DNA from: Prevotella sp.
GTDB lineage: Bacteria > Bacteroidota > Bacteroidia > Bacteroidales > Dysgonomonadaceae
Reading direction: 5' to 3'
Length of the DNA: 64,000 nt
Assembly: GCA_031285625.1 (NCBI GenBank)
Contig: JAITVV010000089.1
Coordinates: 1 to 64,000, forward strand
Below the pieces are notes generated by a model, which saw only the letters and a list, made by a program, of their open reading frames with translations, was not told the DNA's origin and did not search any database. The translations under genes and the position numbers were made by a program. Below, one piece after another: positions 60,113 through 64,000 of this stretch (positions are counted from its first letter, which is position 1; every line of letters starts with the position of its first letter).

Positions 60113-61594
60113 TTATTTCCCTATATATGCCAGACTCGAACTTATCAGATCTGATATCCATCCCGGGAACATACCCATTCCGGCTACACAAATAATTAAC
60201 CCTACAGTAGCTATTTTTTCATGCCATACAGCATCTGTCAGTTCTAAATGATGTGGATCCTGAACCGGACCGTAAAGAATTTTCCCAACGACTTTGAGTA
60301 TATATACTGCAGTCACAACAATTGAAGAAATGGCTGCAATAGTAAATATACGGTGAAAAAGATCATTGTGCTCGAATGCACCTACGAATATCGTCATTTC
60401 AGCCACAAATCCACTTAATCCCGGAAGACCTAACGAAGCCATACCGGCAATTACATAACATACACTAAGGAATGGCATAATCTTCATCAGGCCACCCATC
60501 TGGCGAATATCACGTGTATGTGTACGTCCATAGATCATACCAATCAGGGCAAAGAAAAGAGCTGTCATCAGACCATGTGAAAGCATCTGCATCACAGCAC
60601 CTGTCATAGCTGTCTGATTCATCATTAATATAGCGAACAATACCAATCCACAGTGGCTCACCGAAGAATAAGCATTGATATATTTCAAGTCTGTCTGAGA
60701 AATTGCACCTAATGCACCATAAATAACACTGATACCTGTAAGGATAATAAATATCCATGATAATTCATCTGCAGCCTCCGGCATAAGACGCATAGCTATA
60801 CGGAAACATCCGTATCCCCCCAGTTTCATCAACACTCCTGCATGGAGCATAGATACCGCTGTAGGAGCAGAGGCATGACCATCTGGAGACCATGTATGAA
60901 ATGGGAACAGAGCTCCCAATACCCCAAATCCTAAGAATGTAAGCGGGAAGATCCAATATTGAGCTGCTACAGGAATTGCATTATTCGCTGCAACCTCCAA
61001 CATATTAAATGTATAATCTCCTGTTGCAGAAGAATTAAAATAGATACCAAATATACCCACTGCAAGGAAAGCAGAACCACCCATTAGCATCAAGGTAAGC
61101 TTCATTGCAGAATATTCTTTTCTTCCTGTACCCCATAGCCCGATAAGCAAATACATCGGAATCAAAGCTATTTCGTAGAAGAAGAACATGGTAAACATAT
61201 CCAATGAGATAAAGAATCCGTATACCCCTACCGAAAGTAAGGTAAGCCACATAAAGAAATCTTTAGGAAGCGGATTCATGTTCCACGAAGCGAATGTTCC
61301 GGTAAATATGATTATGGATGTCAGCAGAAGCATAAGTACTGAAATACCATCAACACCAATCGCATAATGGATATTCAGGGTTGTAAACCAAACTTTATCA
61401 TATGTAAATAACATCTCGGCAGTATTCCCTGCACTACGTTCTGCATAGAACATAAATAATAATGTTACTGCCAACGCCATCTCAATGGCTGCACCTATCA
61501 CACCAACGGTGCGTACTTGTTTGATGTTGCGGCATGGAATAAATGCAACTAACATCACAACAGGAACAAGAATAAATAATGAAAGAATATTCAT
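60113..61594 (-). CDS. nuoM: NADH-quinone oxidoreductase subunit M
   Basis: PFHTWSPDGH and LGLPGLSGFVAE motifs. Confidence 0.95.
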   Translation of the reverse strand: MNILSLFILVPVVMLVAFIPCRNIKQVRTVGVIGAAIEMALAVTLLFMFYAERSAGNTAEMLFTYDKVWFTTLNIHYAIGVDGISVLMLLLTSIIIFTGTFASWNMNPLPKDFFMWLTLLSVGVYGFFISLDMFTMFFFYEIALIPMYLLIGLWGTGRKEYSAMKLTLMLMGGSAFLAVGIFGIYFNSSATGDYTFNMLEVAANNAIPVAAQYWIFPLTFLGFGVLGALFPFHTWSPDGHASAPTAVSMLHAGVLMKLGGYGCFRIAMRLMPEAADELSWIFIILTGISVIYGALGAISQTDLKYINAYSSVSHCGLVLFAILMMNQTAMTGAVMQMLSHGLMTALFFALIGMIYGRTHTRDIRQMGGLMKIMPFLSVCYVIAGMASLGLPGLSGFVAEMTIFVGAFEHNDLFHRIFTIAAISSIVVTAVYILKVVGKILYGPVQDPHHLELTDAVWHEKIATVGLIICVAGMGMFPGWISDLISSSLAYIGK

Positions 61595-61617
61595 TTTTTT
61601 ATATTTTAATCTATATC

Positions 61618-63555
61618 TTATCTACAAATAAAGCACACTAACCATCCGGCAAAGCCGACTATAAGAATCAACGCCCCTAACAAATATACCAAAGCATATT
61701 GTTGGATATATCCGGATTGCAATCCTTTTATTGAACGTGATGCAGCCTGAGTAACAGTAGCTAATGAGTCCATAAAGCCATCCACGAATTTCTTATCGAA
61801 CCAGGCAATAGGCTTGGAAATGCGTTTGAATATAATACTACGTGTTACAAACAACCATAATTCGTCGAAATAGAATTTATGGTAAGCCCATTTATATAAC
61901 GTACTGATACTTGACACAATCTTATCAGGAATTTCGTTCTTCTTATAATATAATTTGAAGGCTATGCCCATACCCACTAATGAGATTATCACACTGGTAA
62001 TAGCCACCTGCATGTTAATATGAGCATCATAAGGCACTCCATCAGAAGTTATAAATTGGCTGAATGGAACGTATCCTGCACCAAATGCAAATACCGTTAA
62101 TATAATCAAAGGAAGAGCCATTGCAGGTCCCGCTTCGTGCGGCTCGTGATGGTAATGTTTCTTCTCATAGAAGAATATACGTAGAAACAAACGAGTCATA
62201 TAGAATGCAGTAAGTCCGGCAGCAAAAGATAGTATGAAATATATTACTTTATCATTTTCGAATGCTGCAGCCAGTATTTCATCCTTGCTATAAAATCCGG
62301 AAAAGAAAGGAACACCCGCAATAGCCAGTAAAGCTACAAGGAAAGCCCAGCGTGTAACCTTCAGGTTCTTCCAAAGTCCTCCCATATCATCCATTTCATT
62401 GCTATGGACTGCATGGATAATAGCTCCTGCACATAAGAACAACAATGCTTTGAAGAATGCATGCGTAAACAGGTGGAACATACCGGCCATGTATCCCAGA
62501 CCATCATGTCCTCCAAATTTGGATACCCCTATAGAGGTAAGCATAAATGCAATCTGCGATATAGTAGAAAAAGCAAGCACACGTTTTATATCGGTTTGAG
62601 TACAAGCTACAATAGCCGCAAACAGCGCTGTAATAGCTCCCACATAACTTATAAACTGAAGTATATCGGGTGCCCCAAATGCATATACAGGAAATAGGCG
62701 TGCTACTAGGAATACTCCGGCTACAACCATTGTTGCTGCATGGATCAGAGCCGATGCAGGGGTTGGACCTTCCATCGCATCCGGCAACCAGATGTGGAAT
62801 GGCATCATGGCAGATTTTCCGGCACCACCCATAAAAATTAGCAACATTGCCCACGACATTACAGATAATCCCAAGAATGAAGAACCTTGCATTGTTGCAA
62901 TAAATGGCGCTCCCTGAGCTGTAATGGTTGTAAAGTCGAATGTTTCTGAAAAATATGATAGTAATAAAATTCCTACAAGGAAGAAGAAGTCGGCAAAACG
63001 TGTAACAATAAATGCTTTCTTAGAAGCAGCTACCGCCGACGGTTTTGTATAATAAAAACTGATAAGCAGGAATGAAGACACACCCACAAGCTCCCAGAAA
63101 ATATACATTTGGAAAATATTGGTTGCTACAACCAAACCTAACATAGCAAAGCTAAACAGGGAAAGAAATGCATAATAGCGTTGAAACCCTTTTTCTCCTT
63201 TCATATAGCCTAAACTATATATATGTACCATAAGTGATACAGTAGTAATAACAACAAGCATCATTACCGAAATAGGATCTAGATATATACCTAAGTCTAT
63301 ATGTAGTGTATCTGTAAACCTAAGCCAGGTAAAAGCTGTATGTACAGCCTGGTAAACTCCGTCTACTTTTCCATCTACAAAAAAGTACTGATATGCTGTA
63401 ACATATGATAATACAGCCATTACGCACAGCGATGTTGTTCCTAATATTCCGGATACAATAGGTTTCATATATTTGCCACCCAGTCCCAGTATAAGAAACA
63501 TAATAGCCGGCAAAGCAATTATTAGTATTGAATATGTGTAATTAAATTGTTCCAT
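61618..63555 (-). CDS. nuoL: NADH-quinone oxidoreductase subunit L
   Basis: WLPDAMEGPTPASALIHAATMV and HAFFKALLFL motifs. Confidence 0.96.
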   Translation of the reverse strand: MEQFNYTYSILIIALPAIMFLILGLGGKYMKPIVSGILGTTSLCVMAVLSYVTAYQYFFVDGKVDGVYQAVHTAFTWLRFTDTLHIDLGIYLDPISVMMLVVITTVSLMVHIYSLGYMKGEKGFQRYYAFLSLFSFAMLGLVVATNIFQMYIFWELVGVSSFLLISFYYTKPSAVAASKKAFIVTRFADFFFLVGILLLSYFSETFDFTTITAQGAPFIATMQGSSFLGLSVMSWAMLLIFMGGAGKSAMMPFHIWLPDAMEGPTPASALIHAATMVVAGVFLVARLFPVYAFGAPDILQFISYVGAITALFAAIVACTQTDIKRVLAFSTISQIAFMLTSIGVSKFGGHDGLGYMAGMFHLFTHAFFKALLFLCAGAIIHAVHSNEMDDMGGLWKNLKVTRWAFLVALLAIAGVPFFSGFYSKDEILAAAFENDKVIYFILSFAAGLTAFYMTRLFLRIFFYEKKHYHHEPHEAGPAMALPLIILTVFAFGAGYVPFSQFITSDGVPYDAHINMQVAITSVIISLVGMGIAFKLYYKKNEIPDKIVSSISTLYKWAYHKFYFDELWLFVTRSIIFKRISKPIAWFDKKFVDGFMDSLATVTQAASRSIKGLQSGYIQQYALVYLLGALILIVGFAGWLVCFICR

Positions 63556-63576
63556 ATCTTGTAGCTATTTCCTTGC

Positions 63577-63921
63577 TTAATTTTTCATTTTAGTTATGTT
63601 TTCATCTATATATATACTCTTCACATTACGGTATATATTGATGATAATAGCTATGGCAATGGCTGTTTCGGCAGCAGCAATACCTATCGCAAACAGAGTG
63701 AAGAAAAAGCCTTCCATCTGTCCCGGATATAAATAGCGATTAAATACTACAAAGTTGAGGTCTGTAGCATTCAACATTAGTTCAATGGAAATCAGAACCA
63801 TAAGCATGTTTTTGCGCGAAAGGAATCCATATACTCCCGCAAAAAACATTAGGGTACTTACAGCTAAGTATGCTTCTATTGGCACAGGCCCTGATAATAA
63901 ACCGGTAATAAATTCACCCAT
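63577..63921 (-). CDS. nuoK: NADH-quinone oxidoreductase subunit K
   Basis: SIELMLNA and IAAAE motifs. Confidence 0.93.
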   Translation of the reverse strand: MGEFITGLLSGPVPIEAYLAVSTLMFFAGVYGFLSRKNMLMVLISIELMLNATDLNFVVFNRYLYPGQMEGFFFTLFAIGIAAAETAIAIAIIINIYRNVKSIYIDENITKMKN

Positions 63922-63941
63922 AACTTATCTTTGTTTTTTTC

Positions 63942-64000
63942 TTATCTTTTTCTAGCAATCATAATACCTCCGATTATACAAGCCAACAGTAAAATACTGA
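63942..64000 (-). CDS. nuoJ: NADH-quinone oxidoreductase subunit J, 3' end (partial)
   Basis: Minus frame reads SILLLACIIGGIMIARKR-stop, directly upstream of nuoK. Confidence 0.8.
   Translation of the reverse strand, partial: SILLLACIIGGIMIARKR

Noticed and set aside
1-64000. tRNA, rRNA, riboswitch, prophage or IS elements
   Set aside because: Intergenic regions are short and AT-rich, with no cloverleaf or recognisable RNA motif by eye and no integrase, transposase or phage ORFs; a covariance-model scan was not possible

Overview
AT-rich chromosomal window from a Bacteroidota (Bacteroidales) organism. The evidence is the fused lpxC-fabZ, gldD, NigD, a TssD-type Hcp domain and TAnnTTTG promoters; a Dysgonomonas-like source is my inference only. 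The backbone is mostly minus-strand housekeeping genes (tpiA, folE, typA, lpxDCA, kdsB, ruvB, leuS, ssb, exbBD, nuoJKLMN), interrupted by short plus-strand units. I found no tRNA, rRNA, CRISPR array, integrase or transposase. Highlights: (1) an orphan TssD/Hcp-like protein fused to a metzincin-like peptidase, with a translationally coupled candidate immunity gene (7627-9725); (2) a surface lipoprotein with a ricin-like beta-trefoil plus an aerolysin/ETX-MTX2-like pore-forming domain (53396-54544), convergent with an ECF sigma / dual-membrane anti-sigma / NigD locus; (3) an unannotated dispersed non-coding element made of tandem and inverted AAAGTRACA units, found three times at divergent gene junctions; (4) a probably frameshifted lipoprotein, candidate TetR operators, and a KMGKR variant of the LeuRS KMSKS motif. 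All product calls come from motif recognition by eye; no searches were run.
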